From Dipteris shenzhenensis (taxonomy: Eukaryota), in NCBI GenBank assembly GCA_047967505.1, contig CM106538.1: DNA of 64,000 nucleotides; one strand, given 5' to 3'. Made by a program: the position numbers and the translations under genes. The notes under the pieces are model-generated. The model did not search any database, was not told the DNA's origin, and saw only the letters and a list, made by a program, of their open reading frames with translations. Shown piece by piece: positions 26,701 to 38,800 of the stretch (position 1 is its first letter; the number at the start of each line of letters is the position of its first letter).

Positions 26701-29429
26701 GCTTGCATCCGAGCAACAAAAGCCTGCCAGGCATAATCCAAACCAATGTGTATCTGACGAGAGAGAGGCTGAATGGCATCAGAGACTAAGGCTTTAAAGT
26801 CAGCATACTCTAGATAACTATTATTAATCAACAAAAGCCTCAGGCAAGGCAATCTGTCCGTGGGAAATTCATGTAAGTAACCAAAGAGGAGCATGATCCG
26901 AATGTGTGAAAGTATGATTAACCCAAATTTGACAAGTAAAGGCATCACAATGCTTGGATCAACCTGATACCATCTGTCCAAGCGTGCCCGATAAGAAGAT
27001 TGAGCATTATGCTGAAAGGTATAGCCCGGAAGCATGGGCTGTAATTCCTTCCAGAGATCAACCAGGCACAACTGAAGCAAAAAATCAGACCATGCCTGTG
27101 TTTCAAAAGCCAACATATGAGTGTGGCCTGAGCTGTTAGTCACCCGATTGAGGGGCATTATTAAAGTCACCACAAATGAAGGCATGTTGTCGCCATGGAT
27201 AGCTATGCATGGCAACCCAGATCAAAGCTCTATCACGAGAAGATTGGGGGGCATAAACCGATGCAAATTCAAAAATTTTCCCTTGAACAAGGCATTGAAA
27301 AATAATCCATCTACCATGGTGATCATTGAGAGCCACAACAGGTTGAAGGTCGTGCTTTACCAAAAAAGCCACACCAGAAAATGAGTGCTCTCCGGCATAG
27401 AAGATATCATAACCAGCAAAATGGCCTATTTGACCAGCATACATATGCTGATTATGCTCTTACAAAGCAACTATATCAAGCTGCAATTGCCTGATATACA
27501 TCCAAACCAATCTCCATCTTGCAAAGCAACTATATTAGGCTGCAATTACCTGATATACATCCAGAGATATACATCCAGACTAGTCTCCATTTGCGACCAT
27601 CACACATTCCTTGTACATTGAGAGTAACACACTTCAGATGATCAAGCATATTTACAGTTATGGGACAGGTATGTACAGCAACTAATGGGCTGTCTACGTC
27701 AGCATTTCCACCTCAATGTCCGGGCCTCTGCCCTAGGATGAAGCATCAGCCTGAAGAGAGGACAAAAGTGCAACAACTTCTTCAGGAAACAAGGTTCGAT
27801 TTGTAGTCACAGCAGCCCGAGTCAAGCCAACACCAGAGTTTTCTGCAGGTGTTTTTCCATGAGAGGATACACCACTCCAAGTCCGAGAAGGTAAAGGTCG
27901 CCTGGGGGAGATCACTTTGCGAGGAGTTTGCCATCCATCAGTCAAAAATTTTTCCCCCTTCCCCTGAGGTGGAGAGGACAAAGGCACAAGAAAAGAAGCA
28001 TTACCATTTGAGACAGCCGGGGCTTTGCCTTTGTCTTAAATAGAGAAAAACTGTTTGACCTCTTTGCTTTTTACCACAGAAGAGGCATTTGCATTCTTAT
28101 TCAAAGGCTGAACCATTTCAGCTTGCACTGGCATCCGTGGAGCTCAAGAAGGGCATTGTGAAGCCATGTGCCCAAATTGCTTGCATTCAAAGCAAGCACC
28201 TGCAAACAGCCCCCACTTGAGCTTGTAAAAGGCACTCCCCATGGAAACATTATTCACAGTAACCGAATATGAAATTGGAGTGGGATGATCTGTATCCCAC
28301 AAAAGCGATTCGAATTTCCATTGGGTAGCGGTGGACATACCACCTTACCAAGGGAAGCTGCAATTTTAGGCAGAAAAGAAGACGAGCATTGAGGAAAATC
28401 CACAACTTCTACCCAAACAAGGCAACGATGCCAAATCAATGTCTGATAATCCCGGGTGGGAGACCAGGGCAAGACATGGACCATCTGTTGGCCATAGAAG
28501 AGAGGAGAGTGCTCCAACAAAACCTGATGATGCTCCTCATCAGCCATGATGATCTCAAAAAAACCCTTCGTTGCATAATGAACTTTTTTGACATAAGAAC
28601 CACCCAGGGTTCGAGTCAACCAATTCCCAACATCTGCTGCAGTAGGCATCCGTCCTCGGAAGAAAATTATAATGGCATGCTTTGCATACTCCTTAACTGG
28701 ATCAAAGATATCATCCACTTCCACCATAATGCCAGTGGTGGGAAGTTGATCTTTCCAACCTTTGCGGGTGTCTTCAAACCCTTCATACATAACCTCATAA
28801 ACAAGCTGAGCCTCAGCAGAGTCATGAAGGGAATCATCTGAATCCATCACATGTTTTTGTTTCTTGTTGGAAACCGACTTGTCTTTGTGTATAATCCGTC
28901 ATTCGAGTCAAGGAAAAGGCTTGGAAGCAGCAAAGCTTTACAAGGAGAAAAGCTCAACATGTACAACAACAGCAGAATCTGTACGGACAACAGTACGAAC
29001 GAATCTGTACGAAAATCTGATAGTACGAATTTTCAAACAGTGCGGATTTTTTGACTGTACGGATGAAACTATGTGGAATTTCTGGCTGTACGGACGAAAC
29101 TGTGCGAATTTCTTCTGGCTATATGGATTTTTGACAGTACGAAAAAATTTTGCTTTTTTTGACAAACAAAACTGTACGGACTGTATGGACAAAACTGTAC
29201 GGGGATTTTTCCTAACTGTACGGACAAAATCATACGGATTTTTGACAGTACGCTTTTTTTTATTTTTTTATTTTTTGAATTTTTCGACAAAGCGTACGGA
29301 CACAAAAGAGGCGTCAAACAGAACCTCGAGGGCGTCAAACTGAGGGAGAAACAAGCAGTTGCAGCGTGGAGCACGAGGGCTAGCACGGGATCTCTCTCTT
29401 ACACTACACACACGTCTTCTCACACTCCT
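23773..29429 (-). mobile_element. L1-like LINE (LINE-C), near full-length and heavily decayed
   Basis: poly(T) 23773-23782; ORF1 28144-28850 (DUF4283-like, CFECKQFGHMASQC); endonuclease from ATG 27649 (TLNVQG, SVYAP, CGDFN); RT remnants (QGCPLS, YAND); TSD-like acacacacacat(a/g)c within a CA microsatellite. Confidence 0.88.
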
Positions 29430-30244
29430 ACACACACACATGCGCGCGCGCCTTTAGTCATTCCATGGCCAACAAGTAGAAAGCTCTGAAGGCCTTTGTA
29501 ATTAAACGTCTTCGATTGTTTGCTTAGAAGGTCTTTACTTGAACAAACATTCTACTTCCATAGTGAACAAGTAGAAAGATCCAAAGGCCTTTGTAATTAA
29601 AAGTCTCCCTTTGTGCAATTGAGAGATGTGTACCCTTGTCGCTTGCCATCACAACAACCCAAGGTAGCTTCATGAAGTATTCACCATATCATTATTTATG
29701 TACAATTTCTAATAATGCTCCAATTGTGTAGGCAAGCACTTCTCATAGTAGCTAACCTCATGCTCCAACTATGTAGGCGAGTGTTTGGCCAACCTCTCCT
29801 CATCGTCACGTCCTGGTCTAAATTTTGAATCTTAGGGCTATTTGGAGCAACCCCCAAGAAAATTTCCTCAGTTACCAAAGTTACCATATCTAACTTTGAC
29901 TCTTCTGTCGTGGACTGTTCTTGTTTCTTTTTCTAATCTATCTTCTTCAACTTGAAGTCTCGCACCAAATGTCCCTTGCTCTTGCTTTCCTAGAAGCAAT
30001 AAATGCCTTCCCATCACCAACTCCTTTAAAAAACTTATATCCAGCCTCCTCTTAGAGAAACAATGGACCAAGGTCCTCGAATGTCAACGGCTTGATCACT
30101 TTTCAGTTGTTAGGGTCGCCACTTATCCATTTTAGCTCCGTAGAAGTTGCTACTTTTGGAGTAACAATGGACCAAGCTCACAATTTAATTCGGAACAAGT
30201 AACTGATTTCATACCCACTTAACTAAAGTCTTGGCCTTAAAATA

Positions 30245-32330
30245 TGTAAACAAAACGAGAGCAAGAGAGAGCAAGAGAGTGAACTCAACGTAAGTCTGCT
30301 AAATAGTGGACTGAAATGAAGTGAGTACAAAAGAGAAGTGAGGGGTTTTGTCTAAGTGACAAAACCCTATCTTATTCACTAACCGTAGTTAGGGATTAGA
30401 CTCTGGTTAGGGGGGAAAAACCTCAATGAGGGAAAAGTACCCCTAACCCACTTATTACATTACATTGGCCACTGCCTCAAATATGATAATAATTCTGACA
30501 CCCCCCTGCAGTGCCAATGTGGTGTACAAGGTAATGATCAATCACCAAAAGAAGATAAGTTTAGGGCACTGCGAAATGCCTCAAACTTCTCACTTGGAAG
30601 TGCTTTGGTGAAGATGTCTACAACATTGTCATGTGTTGACACATAGATCATACTGATCTCCCCTGCATGCAACTTCTCTCTGACATAATGATAATGAACC
30701 TCAATGTGCTTCGTGCGAGCATGAAACACAAATTCTTTGCCACTGCTATAGAACTCTGACTATCAGTGAGAATTGGAGAAGGACCCTCCAATAAGAGACG
30801 AAGATCAGCAAACAAACGTCGCAGCTAAATACATTCAATTGTCACTGTGAAAGCTGCCCTGTACTCAGTTTCACATGCAGAAGTAGCCACTGTAGATTGC
30901 TTCTTGCTCAGCCAAGAAATGCAAGCTTTGCTAAAAAAGAAACAATTACCACTAGTGGACTGCCTGGTATCATAGTCTCCAACCCAATATGAATCACTGT
31001 AAGCATGCATCTGCAAGTCACCCCCCCGGGGAAACATCAAGCCATAAGTCTTTGTGCCTTGCAAATAATGGAAGATGCGTTTTATAGCCTGCCAATGTGT
31101 TCGTCTTTGAGCTGTGCATATACCTGCTCACCTGAGATACTACACACTAAATATCGGGCCTAGTATTGCACAAATAAATGAGCCATCCAACAGCCTGACT
31201 ATAAAGTGTGACATCCACTTATTCACCTACAAGCATACGTAGTAAGCTTCAACCCGGCTCCATGGGAGTGGCTATAGGCTTGCAATCATGCATGTTGAAC
31301 CTATCCAAGAGCTTCTGCACATACTTAGATTGAGGCATAACGATGCCACGCTTGTCTTGTATAAACTAGATCCCCAAATAAAAATTTAACATGCCCAAAT
31401 CTGTCATGTCAAATTCAGCTTTGAAATCTACAATTATTTCCTCATTTGACCCTGTGAGCAGCATGTCATCTACATAAAGAATGATGACCAAAATATCCCC
31501 CCCATCCTTCTTGATGTAGAGGGTGCTTTCCGAGGGACTATTATGTAACCCCTTAGTTGCCAGGAATGCATCAATCTTGGCATACCATGCAGGTGGGGCT
31601 TGTTTCAGCCCATATAAAGCTTTGTTAATCTTGCAAACCTGAAGTGCATTGCCAGAAAGTTCAAATCCAGGAGGTTGTTTGACATAAACCTCTTCCTACA
31701 AGTCCCCATTAAGGAAAGATGTTTTGATGTCCAACTAATGGAGATTTCAAACAAAATTTGCAGCCATGGCAATAACTGACCTTATGATGGTCATCCGGGA
31801 TGTAGGAGCAAAAGTCTCCTCATGATCTATGCCCTTCTTCTGTGCATAGCCTTTGTACCTGTCAATGGACCCATCTGGCTTCCTTTTCACTTTAAAAACC
31901 CATTTGGTACCAATGGCATGCTTACCTGGGGGCAAATCCACGACATCCCAAGTCTGATTTTTCTCAATGGATTGCAATTCATTGTGCATGGCATGCATCG
32001 CATGCACATTATCCTTTGCTTCTTCAAAAGAGTTAGGCTCTTCTTCATCAAGAAGAGTACTTACATAAGCTGTCTCAACTGAAAGAGCCCCCCCTATGTG
32101 CCTTATTGCACTACGAGTCCTGCCAGGCAATGGGGCCTCAAGCCTACTCTCCCTGAGAGTGTGTAGCAACCAATTTGGGACGTTTTGGCTGCATGTATCT
32201 CTTGAATCTCTTGCCTGACAACTTCATCCACACCCAGCGGAGGTACAAAATCAGCATGTGGCTGAATCGGAGCATGTGGATGAGGAGGAGGTTGCTGTAA
32301 ATTCTGCTTTTCAGCATGTATATACCTAGA
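30245..32330 (-). mobile_element. 5'-truncated Ty1/copia (RT-RH, PPT and 3' LTR), relative of Copia-1
   Basis: LTR 30245-30500 (TG...CA), PPT reverse complement cccccctgc from 30501; RT/RH ORFs 30538-32169 closely similar to Copia-1 pol. Confidence 0.88.
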
Positions 32331-32384
32331 TGAATCCAGGAACATTCCCAAACACAAGAAATATAGAGGCTAGAGCACAGTCAC

Positions 32385-32590
32385 TTGCTCACCTGCGTGG
32401 AGCAGGCTTACGCATGGCCGAGATCGACTCATCGATCCCTGAGTCGTGGTGAGAGGGGTTGCGTAGCCCCTGGACCCCTCATTGTTGGGACGGGAGTACC
32501 TCTCAAATCTGCTTTTTCAAAAGCACCTGGGCTTCATCCGCCTCCGCAGGTTCTACGGTGTGAGACCAGGTGGCCTTCTACAAAGTGAGT

Positions 32591-32638
<48 letters not shown>

Positions 32639-33770
32639 GAGGAGGAGGAGGAGGAGTTGGCAGCCTTGGAGGATATAGAGTGGCAAAGGATCAGGGTGGT
32701 TGAATGATTGGGCAAAGTGTGGCATATAGATCCGACCACAGTCCTAGCCAACCCAGAGGGAACAGTTTGGCGGCTTTGGCTATGGGAGGACAGGCCTCTT
32801 AGGGACATCCAGTGAGACCCAGGAGAGTAGTACTGGCTAGCGCGGAGGGACACGAAGACAAGGTAGAGGAGGTGCCTTTCTTTTCTTATACAACCCGCAT
32901 TGGTAGACACATCCAGTTGGAGGCAGCAACATGGACCCCATCGAGGGAGTGACAGGAGGTCCCCAAGGAGGTGGTCCACGACTATAGTCTAGCCTACGAC
33001 CATGAAAGATCTATTTCTTTTGGATGGTGGCTCATGGGGGCCTACCCATAGGTCCGTGGCTAGAACGGATGAGGTCGACTGCAGATGTGCCTGATGTACG
33101 GAAGGGGAGCTCTAGATAATCCCACACTACCTATGGAGCTGTTCTATGGCACAGAACATTTGGACGGTAAGCATTCATGATTGTGGCCAGGACGACACAA
33201 AGGATGCAAAGAGACTTCATGTGCGGGATGGTGGTGTGGCTCACAGAGGGACGTCATACTTTAGGTATTGATCCGGTCTCACCACCATACAAGATTCAGA
33301 TTCACGGTGAGCAGGTCTTGGATGGAGTTCCTTGACGCCGTCCCATGTCGCCCACAGCTGATACTGGAGGACAGCGTGCGGGAGACAGGGGCCAACATCC
33401 TAGAACATCGGACCGTCCGTTGCAGTCTAGTAGCCATTTTGCATGACATCATATTCACTTTGCGCGCCTGCTGGGAGCACATTATCCCAGGCTCACGAGG
33501 TACCGCCAAGCGACGGGAGCGTTTCTGCAAGGCCTGGCTTGTAGGCATATTCTACACCTTTTCGGTGGGAGATATCTGCTGAATATATAGGCCTCCACCC
33601 TGGCTGTTAGCCCGTGTTCCAGATAGTCCCTAGGCAGTGAGCTGGGATTGCCGGCAGGCTGGTCTCAGACAGCCAGTTTTTTCTCCTTGTATATACCATC
33701 ATCAGTTTTTTGCAGCTGATTTGTATGGGGTTCTTTCAAGCCTTAATAGAAGTTTCGCCAAAAAAAAAAA
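32385..33770 (+). mobile_element. 5'-truncated LINE 3' fragment related to LINE-A/B
   Basis: Degenerate post-RT and zf-RVT sequence (DPGE-x2-W, HDIIFTLRACW) ending in poly(A) at ~33759-33770; contains a (GA)n(GGA)n microsatellite. Confidence 0.75.
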
Positions 33771-34206
33771 CCAAGGTGTTTGGCACTGTATTTTTTAACG
33801 TCCTTAATTTCAAGCATCATCGACCTACTCTAATAGAACAAGGTATGTGATTGTTGAGGAATAGTAGGCAGTCTCAAGATTTGTGAGAGACAATGTAAGA
33901 GTATGAAATGCCATCCCAAGAATCACAAGAAATCCATATAGCTAATACACTTTTCACATGCAACTGAAGAATCTCCAAAGCTTAAGTTCGAGCAGAACAA
34001 GACTTGTCCAAGGAAAAGTCGACCTGTATCAATCCTGATAAGCATATGACAATCTAAAATTAAATGCTCCCAAGTAGCTCACAACTTTTTGCATATAATT
34101 GCATAAAGACTTATCAGCTTATAAAATCTTTTCCTATGAGAATTTATTAACTGCATCTTTATGAAAAGCCACACAGACCAGCCGTTTGATCAAAAAATCA
34201 ACATAC

Positions 34207-34479
34207 CTGCTTCCGAAGCTCTTGCTTTGAAGGCCCTTCCTTCCGCTTATTTAATTCTAAGAGCCCTTCTGGAGGGGTGATTACAACCATCCTTTTGTGT
34301 TTATCAACAATTGGAACAATAGCCTCCACAAAAGGTATCCAAACAAGTGACCCTTTTCCCTCTTCAGTCCCCTCATCAACCCCATTCTTCTTGTCAAGTG
34401 GAAAGAGTCTTACACGAAGAAGATCACTAGCACCACTGTTGAAGACATCCACTATGCTTCCTATCATTTCCCCGGAACT
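34207..34479 (-). CDS. rimM: RimM-family gene, exon D (PRC-barrel)
   Basis: gatcag|AGT...CAG|gtatgt, 273 bp; IGSIVDVFNSGASDLLRV...LVWIPFVEAIVPIVD...ITPPEGLLEL is the RimM C-terminal PRC barrel. Confidence 0.92.
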
Positions 34480-35594
34480 CTGATCAGCCAGCATGAACAG
34501 GACACACACCAAGAATGAATAAACCATTACAGTAAATGCCCAAAACTAGAAAATAATAATTATAAAAAATATGGGATGACATAGGTGACATGTCAAAAAT
34601 CTATGGAACAAAAACAATCTTGAAACAAACATCAGGGTCTTTCTAAAATTGGAATTCAATATTTCAAGGGCATAATGTTAGATTTAGGGACTGTTTGGAC
34701 AGAAACCAGAAACTTAAATCACTCATTCATCTCCCCAGAACAGCAACACTCACTGAAATCTCACACAAGCAATACAACGTAGAGAGAAGAAAGAGAACTC
34801 AGTGTATTCATCCACAAATTGTGGGAAAACTGCTCAAGGATGAGCCAAAAGATCCAGGCAGCTGTAGAACAAAATAATATATACCTTTATAAGATTAGGA
34901 TATATCCAATCTTACAAATTAAAACTTTTTATAGAACAAGCACAAGAAAAAAGGAAAGAAGGGAGTTTGTAAGGACTTTGGAAAAAATTGAGTAAAAGAA
35001 AAAAAGGAAAAAAAAAATTACTTAGTAAGAAAAGCTATGGTTATTTTCTCATCAGTACCCAAGAATAAGCAGTCATCTAGGTTTCGAAGGATTCGGCAAT
35101 TTCTTGGTTAAACCCAATGTTTACTAAGCTTTGAAATCACAACCGAACAACAAAAACTTTGATAGAGAAAGGAAGAAACAAAGCAGAAAATTAGAAGAAG
35201 AAGTACACAGAGAGAAAGAGAGAGAGAGAGAGACACACACACACAGAATTACATTAGGTTAAATTTCCATCACAACCCAACCTAACCCATAATTTTTTAA
35301 TTTGTGAAGAAGAAGAAGATGAATAAAAGAAGAACAACTACTGTGCTAACACGAGCACAAAGATAAAGCAATGTACATATAAGAAAACAAATGAAATACC
35401 AATGCAAACACAAGGAAACAATTATTATCATTAATTTTAATTGGTTCGTTTTTTATCCAAGGTTGTCCTAAAAGAGTCTGGGAAGTGGCATCCAAAAAAC
35501 AGTAGTGTCGTCAGCAAGCTCACTGTCCAAGATCTCAGCCTGCCTCAGGGGAAGACTCAGCCCAATAATGTTGGCCTAAGATCTCAAAAAGATT

Positions 35595-35855
35595 CTCATG
35601 GCTTCATCCACGAATAAAGGGGCGAGAAGGCATCCCTATCTGGCCGATCCGGAATCTGAAATCTCTCCTTGGACCCCTGTGATAAGCACCTAGCTGTGGA
35701 CTGATCTATACAATGAAGAGACCCCTTTGATCCAAGCATCTGAAATACCAAAGCGTAGAAGGCTGCCATCCAAGAAACCCCAATCCATTGCCATAGGCTT
35801 TCTCGAAATCCAAGAGTAGAATGGCTAACCCCTAGCCACTCTATGTAGACCACTC
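35595..35855 (-). mobile_element. Small L1 RT fragment
   Basis: ERFQI..., degenerate QGCxLAP segment, similar to LINE-B1 RT at 10740-10920. Confidence 0.55.
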
Positions 35856-35860
35856 CAAAG

Positions 35861-38800
35861 AGTTTTGGACTTTAGCTGGTCATTTCCCCATCTGTGAGCC
35901 CCCAAATAAGGAGCATGGGGGGGACCAGGTTAAGTCAGTTGTTGACATGTGGGCAGTGTGTGAGCCTACCACATGGGTAGAACTGACAGAGAAAGAAAAG
36001 GCTGCCACATGGTAGCACATGGGCTACCATGTGGGCAGCAACCACACAAAGATTCGGAGCAGCAGCAAGACATGAAACTCTGCCTAAAAATGCCGCAATG
36101 AAACATGGCATGCTGTAGTTGGTGCTCAACAATGGTACAGCCTGGTACATGGGCTGCAACAAACCCATGATGGAGATAGAAGCTTGTGTGGCATACTGGA
36201 GAAGGTGAAACATGAAAAGACAGCACGAGGGGGATCAGGAACAGGCTGGGACAGGTGGTGCCTGTAAACAGAGGTCAGGAAAAGACTGCAGAGGACTGTA
36301 CGAGATGAACTAGGAGCAGCACAGCTCGAGCAGGTCCAGCAGACAGGCGGGATGCAAAGAGCAAATAGGTGACTCATTTCCATGGAGTTCTGGCTAGGGG
36401 AAAAGCCTGGAAATAGGCTGGAACAGCGTCAGACAGGTCTGGGCCAGTCATAGGCTGCCACGTAGCCAGACTGGGCAGCAAAAACTTGTAGACCAAGTCG
36501 GGCCCACTAACTGAGGGGTCATCTGTTTCGGCCGGCTATTCTAGGTCTCCTTTGGGAGACCATTCAGGGCTCATACTATCCAATTTGATGAGCAATTTGG
36601 GTGAGCAGTCTAGCTTTCTTCAAGGTACCATCCATGAGGATATTGGTGCAGCAAGGTAACTGGTTGACTACAGCATACAGGGAGCTCGCAAGCCATACAG
36701 GGAGCTCACAGGCCTTCATTAAGGGCTGCCCTCACAGCTGTAAAGGAGACGGGATCAAGGAAGTGACTTGTGCCTCAATTTGAGCTGCATTAAAGCAGCA
36801 GGGAGGTCAAGGATCCATTGCAAGGACTATCTTCCGAGAGGCTGTCCAGGAGGATCAGTCAAAAGGTGTGATTGCGGGGTACATATATGAGGCCCACATC
36901 AACTCAAGGTGAGCAACGCTGGCCAAGTGTTTTGGACATGCCAAAGAGGTAGGAGAACAACCTTTTGAGTGTGCGGGTGTCCACATCTAGTTAGCACTCA
37001 GCTGATAGAGTGTCTTTGTATATCATTGTGTTGTGGCCACACTGGACGGAAATCTATTTTGGTGGTTCTACATCTCCTTGTTGTGCATTGTCTATTTACT
37101 TTCTACACATCCACCTAGTACACACTGAGGAAAGCGAAGTTTGGATTTGAAGTTACACTACGTGATTCTTGGGCTCAATAACTCTCTGGGTTCGCTTCCG
37201 AATCGTGTATCCTGTGTACTCTAACATGGTATCAGAGCCTTGACAGAAGTTCAAAAGCGGTGGGGGCTCAAAGGCGAGAATCTTGAGAAAGGATACTTTG
37301 GTTCAACTTGTGGAAATCAACTTCTACGCGTGAAGGATACATGCCCTTGCGTAGCTCTCCAAAGAGCGAGGTAAAGGTACGAGTCGAAGAGAGAGAGAGA
37401 GTGCAGGTACAAGACGAGTCGAAAGAGAAGTCACGTCAAACTTAGATAAGGTTGAAAAACACAAGTACAAAGTACTTGTACCTAGGCCTAGGACTAAGTG
37501 TCCTAGGTGTCACATAGGACTAAGTGTCCTATGTGGCATAGAAGGCATTAACACTATAAGTGCCTACACTTATGCCTACAAGGCACATACCATGGCCTAT
37601 AGGGCATCACTAGAACCTGAGAGGTAAAGAAAGAGGGAGAAATACAACCGGGGAGAGTGAGAGAGAGAGAAGACTCAAAAGATGTGGGTGTGTTGTGATG
37701 AGCCACACCACAAACTCTTAAGTTTTATTAGGATTAGGTTTTTCATCCTATGACTTAAGACAGTCATAGGTGTCATATCTTTAATAAAGGGGTGGCAATG
37801 TGCCTTTACCCCAACAACCTCCCACCTAAAGGCCAATATGCCTAAAGGGGAGAAAAGAATAAAAATTACAGCAATATACAGTTACTGTATACAAGACCAT
37901 AAAATAAGAATGGTCTCATCCTAATCCCATGATGTGGCGGCAATGTGCAAACCGCTCTGTAGGCAAGCTCTTAGTGAGAAAATCTGCAGGATTATCATAT
38001 GCCCTGGGTGCCTGCTTCAAACCATAAAGGGCTTTTCTAAGCCGGCATACCTTATTTTCAGAATTAACAACCTCAAAGCCAGGAGGTTGTGTGACATATG
38101 CTTCTTCTTGCAGATCCCGATGAAGAAAGGCAGTCTTGATGTCAAGTCGGTGCACTTGCCAATGATGATGGGCTGCAATGGCAATGACACATCGAATGGT
38201 AGTAATCCTGGATGTGGGAGCAAATGTCTCCTCAGAGTCAATGCCTTGTTGTTGGGCATACCCTTTTGCAACAAGACGGGCTTTGTATCGATCTATGCTG
38301 CCATCAAATTTCCTTTTTAATTTGTAGACCCACCGCGTTCCAATGGCATGCTTGCTAGGTGGGAGATCTACTAATTCCCAAGTGTCATTTTTGGCAATAG
38401 ATTGTAACTCAGCTTTCATTGCATCCATCCACTCTTTGCTGTCAAAAGCATCTTTATGGCACAAAGGCTCTTCATTGCAAGCTGTAGCAAGGAGTGCAAA
38501 CTCAAGAAAGTGACCATGCTGTCTATTCCCTGATCTTGTCCGGGCAGCAAAAGGCTGATCTTGTTTACTGTCCCTCAATGTGTCAAGAAGCCATCTCGGA
38601 ACTTGCCTTTGCTGTCTATTGACAGCTCTTTCTTCAATGGCTGCATCATGAGTAGGGGGATCATTTTGTGCCGGAAGAGAAACCTGTGAATCAGCATGAG
38701 GTGGTGGCTGATTATTGCTTAGTGGAAGGCCTGCAGGAGGCTCATGTTGCTGCTCAAAATCCTCTTCTAATGATGGTATAGGTAACCAAGATTCAAAGGC

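Noticed and set aside
27460-27590. ~59-bp duplication within the LINE-C endonuclease, and a ~45-bp repeat pair at 29463-29601
   Set aside because: Ordinary local duplications in decayed repeats.
35935-36213. Similar Cys-rich ORFs at 35935-36213 and 44102-44317 as a small gene family
   Set aside because: They are equivalent antisense positions in the two LTRs of one element; no independent coding evidence.
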